Assembly: GCA_030867685.1 (NCBI GenBank)
Contig: JAQOWU010000007.1
Span: forward strand, 806,001 to 870,000
Source of the DNA: Wickerhamiella versatilis
Lineage: Eukaryota
Direction of reading: 5' to 3'
DNA: 64,000 bases
Position 1 is the stretch's first letter; every line of letters starts with the position of its first letter. Shown here piece by piece: positions 54,701-63,639 of this stretch. The position numbers and the translations under genes were made by a program. Below the pieces are notes generated by a model that saw only the letters and a list, made by a program, of their open reading frames with translations, did no database searches and had not been told where the DNA came from.

Positions 54701-55069
54701 GGTGCTGATTCTGGTTCTGCCGGAAATAATGGTGGACTTACCTACTATACTTCTTACTGCCCATCTCCTACAACCTTCACGTATGGATCCTCAACGTATA
54801 CTGCATCAGGACCCACAACATTCACTTTCTCTGGTACTGCTAGTGCCAAAGCGACTTCCGAAGCTTCATCTGCGGGCTCTGAGACCCTTGCCATGGAAAG
54901 TTCACAGAATTCATCTGGAGGAGCTGTTTCAGGTATCCCCAATGCATCTGTGCCCAGCCTCGCACCATCATCAAGTGAAACATCCCTTGTTGTTGCCAAT
55001 ACTGCTGGAAGGAAGACATCTTTTGCTGGCTCACTTGGTCTTGGTGTTGCCATCGTTCTACTTCTCTAG
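51791..55069 (+). CDS. Large Ser/Thr/Gly-rich GPI cell-wall protein, paralog of the GH16 gene lacking the catalytic core (start may be 51803)
   Basis: Signal peptide and first ~60 aa plus C-terminal GPI signal are homologous to 48764-50737; five TTYCPSPTTFT-type modules. Confidence 0.88.
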   Translation: MLNYMPEFYWLPLVLPLVSTVSGTLMPASSFEVKEEGPIEKYSGDYHHWSLSQNGQVYIKREEYHTLVPTGEDMTMPVPTSAISSISSNGSAPSTLNGTSTLSVPVYASSEASRVSESSSGLSSGSIYTGSVSSSSGEIPVTTSNATLLTSNSGSIGTALNPTSSSNTSLPSSNPESSETELYPTSSPNTSFTTSQPLSSRSGSAPISPLNTTLATSGTLSIGTGLPSTGSNSTSPTSSPVSRDGAPTSSTNTSLTPSGTISSGAGLAPTGSTNTTLTDSGSVSPVTGLSSTGINSTLPSSDLVSVGTKETPISTLNRTLRASDSATPQTGLSFTGSGNTTLPTSGPISPGTEATHTNSFNKTLGTSDLSSPKTGLASTGSTNTTSATSAPVSGPISHGASVSLNASSQVTRISGSDFITSFPSPSLNTSISSGEAGVLSNSTFAGLSAVSTEAGATASEGLPISGAETRSGSPGTNGTTTYYTTYYPSPTTFTYGSSTYTVSGPKTLTLPGTAGSGGLSNSETEGGLITSSGISATAGAGETGSGTPEGSGSGALVSGATWSGRSPIFGTGNGNGTGSGSEFTGKDGHTYYTTYCPSPTTFTYGSSTYTVSGPKTLTLPGTAGSGGLSNSGTEAGLITSSGISAIAGAGETGSGTLEGSGSEATWSGRSPTFGTGNGTGSGSEFTGKDGHTYYTTYCPSPTTFTHGSSTYTVSGPSTLTLPGTAGSEGEPESSPKASSGISETSDSGASVSVSSGSGEAESGSPEATGSGTFGLGVTGPGAKGSGAPEATGSEASVSGSVGSGEMGSSAESTGLGASGSATPEGTGSVASGSGVTESGVEGSGTPEATGSRASELGVSWSGISPGSGSGFTGTDGHTYYTTYCPSPTTFTYGSSTYTVSGPSTLTLPGSDGSGGVPNSSPKTGTGMPDATGSRTLGAAGPGETESDTPEATGSEESDSGAAWSGGSPTSGADSGSAGNNGGLTYYTSYCPSPTTFTYGSSTYTASGPTTFTFSGTASAKATSEASSAGSETLAMESSQNSSGGAVSGIPNASVPSLAPSSSETSLVVANTAGRKTSFAGSLGLGVAIVLLL
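52199..52968 (+). repeat. Degenerate ~20-22-codon coding tandem repeat, about 12 copies, each with an N-x-S/T sequon
   Basis: Units such as GTALNPTSSSNTSLPSS, GAGLAPTGSTNTTLTDS and KTGLASTGSTNTTSATS. Confidence 0.75.
53231..54840 (+). repeat. Coding repeats of the Sed1/Ccw12-like TYYTTYCPSPTTFTYGSSTYTVSGP module
   Basis: Copies start at about 53231, 53558, 53864, 54422 and 54740. The first two units (327 and 306 bp) are near-identical at DNA level. Confidence 0.9.
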
Positions 55070-55932
55070 AAGAGTTATATCACAAATACTATTCTTTATT
55101 GTGATCTGTTCAAATTAAATACGTTCTCAACATCTGTTAATTCCTGTAGCCAAAGAAATTCGTTTTCGCACTCACTTACAAATAGATTGGCAACGTTTAT
55201 ATGCAGTATTTGCATATCGAACATCGTTCAAAATAGCAAAATATATGAAACAATATGGTAATTGTGGATGCGTCGAGTCATCCAGCATGTATCGACAAGT
55301 TCGAATTGAAATGAGCTTAACACTCGATTAATGAATGGAAGAGTCATTTTCACAATCAGTTTTCAGACTAGAATTTGCTAGTGTAACTTGAAAATATTGT
55401 GTATATATCGATAAACAAGCCGTAAATATTGCTCGCGACATATAACACCTAAGAAAAGTCTGAGTTATCACACCAACTTGGTTTCAGTTATCTTGATTAT
55501 AAAGGAGCATTCCAAATCACACAAGTCGTCGTCACTACGTTAGACTGCTATATATATTTTAGAGTTCGTCGAATCCCCAGTTGTTTTACCGGAAAATAGC
55601 CAGTTGATGCATAGCGACATTAGTGGTAATTCAGCTATAAGTGTATTTTCTTGCAAAATTCCGCCCTAGCTTTTTACCAGAACGTCACTAGAAACACTAT
55701 ATTAGATGTTAATTAAATTTTTAGATATGTTTACACTTGAGTTTCTAAAAGTCAGAACATTTCAAATGGTGGTAGTGGCCACAACCTGCAAATATTCTTT
55801 CAAGTCGAGCGCGAGATCCTACAAGCTGTAGATGTACTCTAGCATAAAGCAGCAAGAGTACCTAAAATTTTATCCACTGCCTGTACAAGAGGATTTCGCA
55901 GCTACTGGAAGATGATGCGCTTTCACAAAGAT

Positions 55933-56337
55933 CTATGGCAGTCGATATTTCCTGCTGGATAGATAGATTGATGCCATAATTAAAGCAGATATGGCAGCAT
56001 ACATAGGATAAAGAAGTACAAATCCCAAGGCAAGAAGCAGCTTGGCCGTGGCCATGACGCGCTCACTTTGACGAACACGTTTAGCCCAACTAAGAAGGAC
56101 CAGGCCACTAAATACAGTCACTTCTGCAATAACCACAGGCAAGTTAGTGTTTATATTTTGTGCCTGCTGTGCTAAGGTACTCAATTCTGACGTGAGCTCA
56201 GATGGTTTAGGCTTGTCAGTGGTATTATCCGAGTTTTGCGGAGGGCTTGGCTGAGGCATTTCTAGTTTCACTGGCGCATTCTGATGCACAGAATTCCTAT
56301 TAGGATTTGCGCGCCGCAACGCACCCGGATACATCAT
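55933..56337 (-). CDS. Hypothetical membrane protein (start uncertain)
   Basis: 134-aa ORF with a polar N-terminal half and 2-3 hydrophobic C-terminal segments. Confidence 0.5.
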   Translation of the reverse strand: MMYPGALRRANPNRNSVHQNAPVKLEMPQPSPPQNSDNTTDKPKPSELTSELSTLAQQAQNINTNLPVVIAEVTVFSGLVLLSWAKRVRQSERVMATAKLLLALGFVLLYPMYAAISALIMASIYLSSRKYRLP

Positions 56338-56345
56338 ATGTATAC

Positions 56346-56813
56346 TTAGCCGGACGAAGGAGCAGTTAGGAGGATGAGTCCAACGGGCACGATGATGTAC
56401 CAGTACTTCTGGAAAAATCCTTTTTCAGGCTCAATTTCAGTCTTCTCTCCCTCCTTCACAGGGGCTTTCAGCAACGGACGAGGCACAGGGCTCGAGCGGG
56501 GACCCCACACGATCGCTGATGTGTTGCCGAATTCATCTGCACGAGGCTCAAAGCGAATTTCTCCCCTTAGAGCTTCCCTAGCTGTAATTTTGTCACATTT
56601 TCCTTCAAAGAGAGTATGGCATTCAAACTCCTTATTGTCCCGAATGACGCCGAGGCACGCTGGTGTCCCACTGGTCTCGACAACAGCAGATGGCTTCCAT
56701 TCAATATCAAGCCCATCAACAATCGCGTTTCCTATCTGCACCAATTCATTTCCATCCTGTACAGCAAGTTGGTACTGCACAGCTGCGACTGCAGCTAGGA
56801 TCCATAGAAGCAT
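56346..56813 (-). CDS. ER membrane complex subunit 10-like type I membrane protein
   Basis: Signal peptide MLLWILAAVAA from ATG 56813, P.P.L motif, EKGFFQKYWYIIVP and a TM helix. Confidence 0.75.
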   Translation of the reverse strand: MLLWILAAVAAVQYQLAVQDGNELVQIGNAIVDGLDIEWKPSAVVETSGTPACLGVIRDNKEFECHTLFEGKCDKITAREALRGEIRFEPRADEFGNTSAIVWGPRSSPVPRPLLKAPVKEGEKTEIEPEKGFFQKYWYIIVPVGLILLTAPSSG

Positions 56814-57026
56814 CCTGCTTAGTGACCTGGTGTACGATGTATGTAACTTTTGGTCCCGTCGCACGAGCCAAGTTCAGATCAATGTATTGACTATGGATCC
56901 AAAACCACTCTGAACCAACTGCTATGCTTAGGGCACTTGTCCGAGTACTTCTCCGATTTTGAGCAAAAGTCACAATAGATCAGACGAGCGACAAACTTCT
57001 GTGAGTCAGCATTAACTACCAGTCCA

Positions 57027-57364
57027 ATGGTATCGCCCGTTTTCAACGTAAGTACAGCACAGGCTACAGGCTCTGTATACAGACAGCTAACAAGCAGGTT
57101 TTAAGGTGGGCCGCTCTGGCCAGTGGTGTCGTCTACGGTTTTGCTCATGACCGTACGCTAGCCTCCGAAGCTGATGAAAAGCGGAAACATGCAGCTTTCG
57201 AGAAAAAGGCAAAACTGATCGAAGAGGCTAAAGCAGAGTGGCTTAAGCTCCATCCTAAGCCTCAGGCTCCTGCATCGTCGGGTCCTGCTGAGGCTGACTT
57301 CGACGATCCTAAGTTCGATATCGTCAAATTTATTGATGCCTCGATCGAGGGACTCAAGAACTAA
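57027..57364 (+). CDS. TIM11: Mitochondrial ATP synthase subunit e, two exons (57027-57047, 57098-57364)
   Basis: 50-nt intron at 57048-57097 (GTAAGT..GCTAAC..CAG). Spliced product MVSPVFNVLRWAALASGVVYGFAHDRTL..KLIEEAKAEWLKLHP has the GxxxG motif. Missing from the ORF track. Confidence 0.92.
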
Positions 57365-57473
57365 AATCAGGACTAAAATCAGAATCTGCAAGATGTAGAA
57401 TTATACAGTTCATGTGAACAAGGTCACTAGTTTCTTTTCCTTTATGGTTTATCGTATATGTATGTATGTACAC

Positions 57474-58544
57474 TTAGTTTTGCGCCTGGGTCTGTTGACC
57501 CTCTGGCTGCTGGTTGGCCTTTTCAAGCTTTTCGTCCATAGCCATCCACTTTTTACGATCACGCACGTGAAGGAGTGCGTTTTCAGGATGCATCGTGCGA
57601 GCACGGAAGTAAACCGTGCCACGCCGGTCGAGTCCGTATTTCTCCCTGAGATCTGGGGTGGACAGATCCCATTTGGTGCGCCACATGTGGGCCCCGACGG
57701 CATCCAAATTATTAGAGCTAGCGAATTTCCGGATGTCAAAGTGGTCCCGTGCTGGTATTTCGGGGATTCCGAGCTTACCGGATTGTCGGAACACCCACAC
57801 ACACATTCGATAATGCGGAGCATTCTTCTCTGGCAAGGGTGGTCGGTATTCAGCCAGAATATCGGCATCATTCATATTGCAAATTGGATTTGCCGCACCT
57901 GCCGGCACATTCACAGCTGCAAAATGGAGCTGAGTCTTGAAAGTGTCCCGGTCCAGATCAGGAGCATCAGGATTAATCACGACAATGCTATAAAGTTGGT
58001 CAGTGGGAGCACCAAAGTCCACAACCTTGAAAAGTGGCATCCGTTCACAAACGTCATTGGCGATCCACTCGCCGGGCTCGAGCCATCTACGGTTGGGGGT
58101 CAAGAACTGCATCTGGACGTCTGCCCGCGGATCCAGCGTGGGCATAGTATCTGGAATAACATGATGCTGCTCAAGGCGTTGCATGAGAAGGGGCATGGGG
58201 CGAGCTTGCCAGTCCCGCAGGGCCAGATGGCGATACACTGGTTGGCTAAGGTCAAGCCGTCCAATGTGATGGTTGTATCGTACCTCTGGGTTGTACAGAT
58301 CTGCCTTGACCAAGTGCTTCTCAATATCTGCCACAGATGCATTATTCTTTTTTAGTTCTGCAGCCTGAGCTCGATGATTCGCCGAATCTTTTTCGATCAC
58401 CTTCATAGCCTCAGTAAACGCTTCGTTGAGCCCACTGACTGGGATATATCGAGAACGAGCCCATCTACTTTTCAGTGAAGGCGGGCCTGTGGATGGTACA
58501 CCGTTTAACACGGCCTCACGGATTTTCGCATTCGCGATGCGCAT
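57474..58544 (-). CDS. MRPL35: Mitochondrial ribosomal protein mL38 (PEBP domain)
   Basis: YNPEVRYN, PVYRHL..W, LMQRLE..VIPDT.PTL.P, INPD.PD and PPLPEKN.P.YR motifs. Confidence 0.92.
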   Translation of the reverse strand: MRIANAKIREAVLNGVPSTGPPSLKSRWARSRYIPVSGLNEAFTEAMKVIEKDSANHRAQAAELKKNNASVADIEKHLVKADLYNPEVRYNHHIGRLDLSQPVYRHLALRDWQARPMPLLMQRLEQHHVIPDTMPTLDPRADVQMQFLTPNRRWLEPGEWIANDVCERMPLFKVVDFGAPTDQLYSIVVINPDAPDLDRDTFKTQLHFAAVNVPAGAANPICNMNDADILAEYRPPLPEKNAPHYRMCVWVFRQSGKLGIPEIPARDHFDIRKFASSNNLDAVGAHMWRTKWDLSTPDLREKYGLDRRGTVYFRARTMHPENALLHVRDRKKWMAMDEKLEKANQQPEGQQTQAQN

Positions 58545-58866
58545 GGTTTCCTGATTAGTAACTATTTTTCAAGCAGTAAATTAAATTGACATTCAGATGA
58601 AAAGGGAACCGCCAGGCTGCTGAATGTTGGTGATATCGACGCAAATGCAAATTTAAATTCTATTGACCAAATATAAGCTACCTAGCCTACATGAATTACG
58701 ATTGAAGAAAAATTAGTCACTTGCTAAGTGCTGGTTTGCTTAGCATTGCCAGAATATTGGGGGAAACTTAAGTGGCCCTTTCTGTACAATAAAGCTTCAA
58801 CGCTAGAATAAATTATTTCGAAATTCTTAAGCTATTTGAGTCAGGCTACACACTTTTCGCTTTGTC

Positions 58867-60114
58867 ATGCGTGTCGCACTCGCGGCCCATGCTGGTGATC
58901 AATTCCGTCAGGATTCCGCTTTTACCCAGCAATATGCTAATATATATTATACAAGGCTCCAGCTACTAGCAAAGGCAATCGAGCCTCCAGCCTCGTGGGG
59001 CGATGTGACGCGAGCACCACGCGTTCTCGATCTGGTGAACGGAAGACGGGCGTGGGTTATTGGCACCTTATATCGAGAGATGGCATCTAAGCCTAATATT
59101 CTTGATGATGTTAGGGAAATAAATCATGGAATGATGCCTATGCACCACAAAACATACGTAGGACCCAGTGACCACATTTTCCTTGAGGACGATCATGGAC
59201 GCGTAGAATTATCCGGTCCGGCGTTGCAGGATCATCTTTTGGTCACTGGCTGTGTTTTGGGTATCGTTGGTATCCAGGATTCTCAGGGTGTGCTAAATGT
59301 GGAGGACGTGGTATTCCCTTCACCAGCTCCTGAAAAGCCACTTCCAGACCCAAGGCCCCAAGGGATTATTGCTATTGTCAGTGGACTTCTTCTTGACGAA
59401 AAAGCACATGAAGGGGTTGCTCCATATCTGTTGAAAAATTGGCTCGCAGGTTGTTTTGGGGACCCTCGTGCTGCCAGGGTATCCCGACTTATAGTTGCAG
59501 GCGGTCTGGTTACTGAACCGGATGAAAAGCTAATTGGCTCACGTGTGATGCGCCCCACGTTGTCATCTGGTGCGTTAAATTCATGTGATAATTTGCTGGC
59601 GGATCTGGGGCGCAACATACCCCTTCATGTAATGCCTGGTGCAAGTGATCCGGCCACAGTTGCTTATCCCCAACAGCCTCTGCATCCAGCGTTGTTCCGA
59701 CGAGGTCGTTCTCTGTTCCGTGCAGGTGCGCTGAAGTTTGAGACGAATCCTTTGGTGCTGGATGTCGAAGGAATTCGTATTCTGGGGTCTGCTGGTCAGC
59801 CTGTGGATGACCTTCGAAGATACTCCCCTGAATCAACAACATTACAGCTTCTTGAAGAAACCCTCAAGTGGAGGCATATTGCTCCCTCTGCCCCTGACAC
59901 GCTATGGTCCTATCCAACGCCTGACGATGATCCATTGGTGATCCGTGAAATGCCACATATTTACTTTGCAGCGAATCAGCCTTCGTTTGGAGTTGAGAAG
60001 ACAGATAGCTCTCTCCTAATTAGTGTACCAAAATTTGCCCAGAGTCATCAACTGGTGCTTGTGGATCTCTCGACACTGGATGCCGAAACCATAACTTTTG
60101 ATGTCAATACGTGA
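58867..60114 (+). CDS. POL31: DNA polymerase delta small (B) subunit
   Basis: QQYA.IY..RL, KPNIL, LEDD.GR, MPG.SDP..PQQPLH and WRHIAPSAPDTL motifs. Confidence 0.95.
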   Translation: MRVALAAHAGDQFRQDSAFTQQYANIYYTRLQLLAKAIEPPASWGDVTRAPRVLDLVNGRRAWVIGTLYREMASKPNILDDVREINHGMMPMHHKTYVGPSDHIFLEDDHGRVELSGPALQDHLLVTGCVLGIVGIQDSQGVLNVEDVVFPSPAPEKPLPDPRPQGIIAIVSGLLLDEKAHEGVAPYLLKNWLAGCFGDPRAARVSRLIVAGGLVTEPDEKLIGSRVMRPTLSSGALNSCDNLLADLGRNIPLHVMPGASDPATVAYPQQPLHPALFRRGRSLFRAGALKFETNPLVLDVEGIRILGSAGQPVDDLRRYSPESTTLQLLEETLKWRHIAPSAPDTLWSYPTPDDDPLVIREMPHIYFAANQPSFGVEKTDSSLLISVPKFAQSHQLVLVDLSTLDAETITFDVNT

Positions 60115-60278
60115 GTCCAAATGTCAAACATCTTCAGGATAGAATGTTAATTTTGGCTAAGCATATATACAAGACCTTTTATGGTTTAGTTATTTAGATA
60201 GAGGCGATGTACGCCGCCACAAAGCAGGATTGCCCGAATTTCTATCTCATTAGGAGCATGGTTTGCTCAATAAATATA

Positions 60279-62339
60279 CTATGCTTGCATAAAAGGATTA
60301 GGACCTTGGTTTGGACCCGAAACTGCATCTGGGATTTCGACATCCACAAACGGATCTGATTCGGGAATGAAGTCTTCATCTCCGTCCCCGTCTTCATTTT
60401 CATGAGCTCGTTTACCAGGGGGCCCTGCCTCCGGTTGCGAGCTTGAGAGAACTGCAGTCCTAGCAGATCGCTTTTTCGCGGGAGCACGAGGAGAATGGTA
60501 TTCAAATGCAAAATATTCCTCTGCCTCTCGTATATCATCAGACGAGAGACATCCTAGATTGTGATAGAAGTCGCGAACTCGCGGATTGACTCGCACTTTG
60601 TTTCGGTTGAAACGCATTAGCTGTAGGCCATCGATAGATGTTGCTCGTGATATTGCCACATAGGCTTGACCAGTCTCAAATATCCGCTCTAGATTAACAC
60701 TCAAATATTGCAGAGTCTGACCTTGAGCTTTATGAATAGACAAGGCCCATGCAAGCATCAACGGAATCTGCACGCGACTAGCCAAGATATCACCCTCTTG
60801 AGTTTGAATTGCCCAAGACTCTGGCATTACCAGCATGTACCGGGGAAGGTTTGAGGGTGTCATGAACCGAACTAGCGGCCATCGCGCTTCGCTTTTACCA
60901 TGCAGCTCTGTGAGCTGACGTAGCCTCTCAGACTTCCGGATATTTATGGGGTCTGATGGATTATCAGTGATACCCAATGCACGTTCATCATAAACAGCGC
61001 TGGTTCCTTTACCAGAAGCCTTGGCGCCAGAGAAATCTGTTTGAGACATGAAGCCAACGACCTTGCCTATGGATCCATTGACAACAGTGGAGTCGATGTT
61101 CTTGAGCATCATTACTTGTGCACCTTCGCGTAATTTGACGTGCTGAGGAGCGATGCAATGTTGATCGATTTTTATGCCTTCCTGTTTGGCCCTGTTGCTC
61201 TCATAGTCTTCGGCGAGATATTCATACGCTGTACCCTTGAGCCTTTCCAGGGCTCTTTGGTTAGCATTGTCGACATCATCGCGACGCGGAAACAAGCGGG
61301 TCGGAATAAGGCCCTTAGGAATCTTCACCGGACGGCACAATGACTGGAAGAGTTCCTGGGTATCGTCAGAGACCTCACCCTCTCGAAGTTCGTTCAATAT
61401 TCGAGCAAAATGAGGATCTGCTTGACGGAAAATCTGCGTCAAGTTCACAGTGCGGTCGACCAGAGCAGGCCAGCAATTAGCCTCAAAGCAAAAGCTCGCC
61501 GATCCCTCACGGGAAATTGGTGGCAGCTGGAAAAGGTCCCCAGTTAGGACCAGCTGTATTCCGCCAAATGGCAGCTGATTGCCCCGTACTTCTCGAGCCA
61601 CGGCCTCAAGCTTGTCCAAAAGCTCGGCACTCAGCATTGAGACTTCGTCTATGAGCAAGACCTTTACTTTATCCCATCGACTTAACGACCGCCGATTTCG
61701 CTTTATTTTTCGCACCATGTGTGGCACATCGTCTTGCCCAAGGCCAATTCCCGCGAAACTATGCACAGTGGTACCCCCTATATTACAGGCCGCGATACCC
61801 GTCGTAGCCGTAATTGCGACAGAATCAGGCTGGCGCTGATATCTTTTTTTCAAGTGATCGATAATGCATCTTAGCAGGACGCTCTTTCCGGTTCCTGCAG
61901 CACCAGTAAAGAATATATTCTGACGACCTTCTATAACCAGATGAAGCACGGCTTTCTGCTCGGGGCTGAGCATGGTCTCTGGCTTATTTCGTATTTCATC
62001 AGTGATTTCCTCGGTATGTGACAGGTCATGAGCCTCCCGACTTAATTCAATGGGCACTGCCTTACCTTCAACCTCAATCATGGGCTTGTTTTGCTGAAGC
62101 GATTGAGGAGGAGGTTGCGGCTGGGATTGCGAGCTTCCTGGCGAGGATGAAGCTGGTTCAAGAGTCGTTTTTACAAAGTCACGATTGAGACTGCATTGGA
62201 CAGCCACGCGTTTTAGACGATGGGCCTCTGCAAGAGATGTCGGTGCTGGTACCCCATCAGCACCCTCTATCTTGACATCTAACGATGGCTTGTAAGAAAA
62301 ATCACGAAGACTCTGTGCCGCAGCTCCACCCTTTGCCAT
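60279..62339 (-). CDS. PIF1: Pif1-family 5'-3' DNA helicase (possible GTG-initiated extension to 62375)
   Basis: LSPEQ, FTGAAGTGKS, ATTGIAA, IDEVSM, PFGGIQL..GDLFQLPP, WALSIHKAQGQTL and GQAYVAISRA motifs. Confidence 0.93.
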   Translation of the reverse strand: MAKGGAAAQSLRDFSYKPSLDVKIEGADGVPAPTSLAEAHRLKRVAVQCSLNRDFVKTTLEPASSSPGSSQSQPQPPPQSLQQNKPMIEVEGKAVPIELSREAHDLSHTEEITDEIRNKPETMLSPEQKAVLHLVIEGRQNIFFTGAAGTGKSVLLRCIIDHLKKRYQRQPDSVAITATTGIAACNIGGTTVHSFAGIGLGQDDVPHMVRKIKRNRRSLSRWDKVKVLLIDEVSMLSAELLDKLEAVAREVRGNQLPFGGIQLVLTGDLFQLPPISREGSASFCFEANCWPALVDRTVNLTQIFRQADPHFARILNELREGEVSDDTQELFQSLCRPVKIPKGLIPTRLFPRRDDVDNANQRALERLKGTAYEYLAEDYESNRAKQEGIKIDQHCIAPQHVKLREGAQVMMLKNIDSTVVNGSIGKVVGFMSQTDFSGAKASGKGTSAVYDERALGITDNPSDPINIRKSERLRQLTELHGKSEARWPLVRFMTPSNLPRYMLVMPESWAIQTQEGDILASRVQIPLMLAWALSIHKAQGQTLQYLSVNLERIFETGQAYVAISRATSIDGLQLMRFNRNKVRVNPRVRDFYHNLGCLSSDDIREAEEYFAFEYHSPRAPAKKRSARTAVLSSSQPEAGPPGKRAHENEDGDGDEDFIPESDPFVDVEIPDAVSGPNQGPNPFMQA

Positions 62340-62434
62340 ATTACGTCTTATTAGGGTGAGTGTGAATCGCCTCACTTTCGGAAAATGTATGGATTAATAA
62401 CAGTCGCGTATATAACAATTTAACCATTAACGCC

Positions 62435-63400
62435 ATGCTTAAATGGTATCGCGTTCCTTGTGATCCACACCAAATATATTTGCCAGCGGTACTTAGGTGT
62501 GGCCAGAGTTTTCGATGGCGTCGTAATGATATCGAAGGGGGAACATGGAGCATTACCTTGGACTCACGCGTCGTCCTACTGAAACAGGACGCGAAGAATC
62601 TGTATTTCTCCAGTATTCCGGAACTTGCGTCGACTCCTGACCTGGTGAAGGACTATCTAAACCTTTCTGTGGACCTCAAGAAGCTGTGGAATGACTGGTC
62701 ATCTCGTGACAAACGGTTTGGCGAACCACGCCTGACTGGTGTGAGAATCCTCCGGCAGGATCCCTGGGAGACTCTCATTGCATTTATCTGCAGTTCTAAC
62801 AACAACATCAAAAGAATTTCGAAGATGGTGCATTCCCTTTGTCAAGAATATGGCCCCTATATTGCCGAATGGGAGGGTGAACGCTACTACGGTTTCCCAA
62901 GCCCGGCAGATCTGTTGAAACCAGAGGTTGAACAACGATTAAGGTCGCTTGGGTTTGGCTACCGGGCAAAATATATTGTACAAACTGCCAAACATATTGC
63001 GTCGATGTCCGATGGACTTACCTATCTGCATAGCTTGCGGGATGTTCCTTATGAGGAGGCTCATGCAGCTCTCACTAAATTTTCGGGTGTTGGACCAAAA
63101 GTTGCTGACTGCGTGTGCCTTATGAGCCTCGATAAACATGATGTTGTACCCGTGGATACACATATTTGGCAGATAGCTCAGCGAGACTATAAAATGCGGA
63201 TAAAAACCCAAAATGCTCGAGAATATCAACAGGTTCAGGATGCATTTAGGCGCCTATGGGGGCCACATGCCGGATGGGCCCACTCAGTGCTTTTTGCAGG
63301 TGACTTGCCAGCACTTGAGGCAATTGAGCCCCTTGTTGTCAAAAGCGAGATTGAGGAGGCTGCTGGCCCGCAAATCAAGTCCGAAGGGATTGCGGCGTAG
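62435..63400 (+). CDS. OGG1: 8-oxoguanine DNA glycosylase/lyase
   Basis: LRCGQSFRW, RILRQDPWE, SSNNNIKRI, GFGYRA, HhH GVGPKVADC, PVDTH and AGWAHSVLF motifs. Confidence 0.96.
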   Translation: MLKWYRVPCDPHQIYLPAVLRCGQSFRWRRNDIEGGTWSITLDSRVVLLKQDAKNLYFSSIPELASTPDLVKDYLNLSVDLKKLWNDWSSRDKRFGEPRLTGVRILRQDPWETLIAFICSSNNNIKRISKMVHSLCQEYGPYIAEWEGERYYGFPSPADLLKPEVEQRLRSLGFGYRAKYIVQTAKHIASMSDGLTYLHSLRDVPYEEAHAALTKFSGVGPKVADCVCLMSLDKHDVVPVDTHIWQIAQRDYKMRIKTQNAREYQQVQDAFRRLWGPHAGWAHSVLFAGDLPALEAIEPLVVKSEIEEAAGPQIKSEGIAA

Positions 63401-63639
63401 TCTACTCCGAGATTTAGATACATGTACTCTAACTTATTCCATAGTTATTTTCATATAGATCAATCCATGCATATCGGAGGAAAATGCCGCAAGCAACACA
63501 TCAGTAATATTTATCGTCGGTCAATTTCTTTGACGAAGTACTAAATAAATTGTTTCCTACTCTATTTTATGTCTGTTCTCATCGTCATCATCACACCATT
63601 TCACTTTACCATCTCAGATTACTTGATTAGTCACCGTAC

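Noticed and set aside
57414-58355. 313-aa plus-strand ORF and similar long antisense ORFs (e.g. 5337-5831, 11352-11972, 56374-56913)
   Set aside because: Shadow frames opposite well-supported genes, with no protein-family features.
58551-58561. TACTAAT..CAG upstream of MRPL35 as a 3' splice site
   Set aside because: No convincing donor plus ATG exon found upstream, and the same bases are the recurring TTAGTAA promoter element. A missing presequence exon is not excluded.
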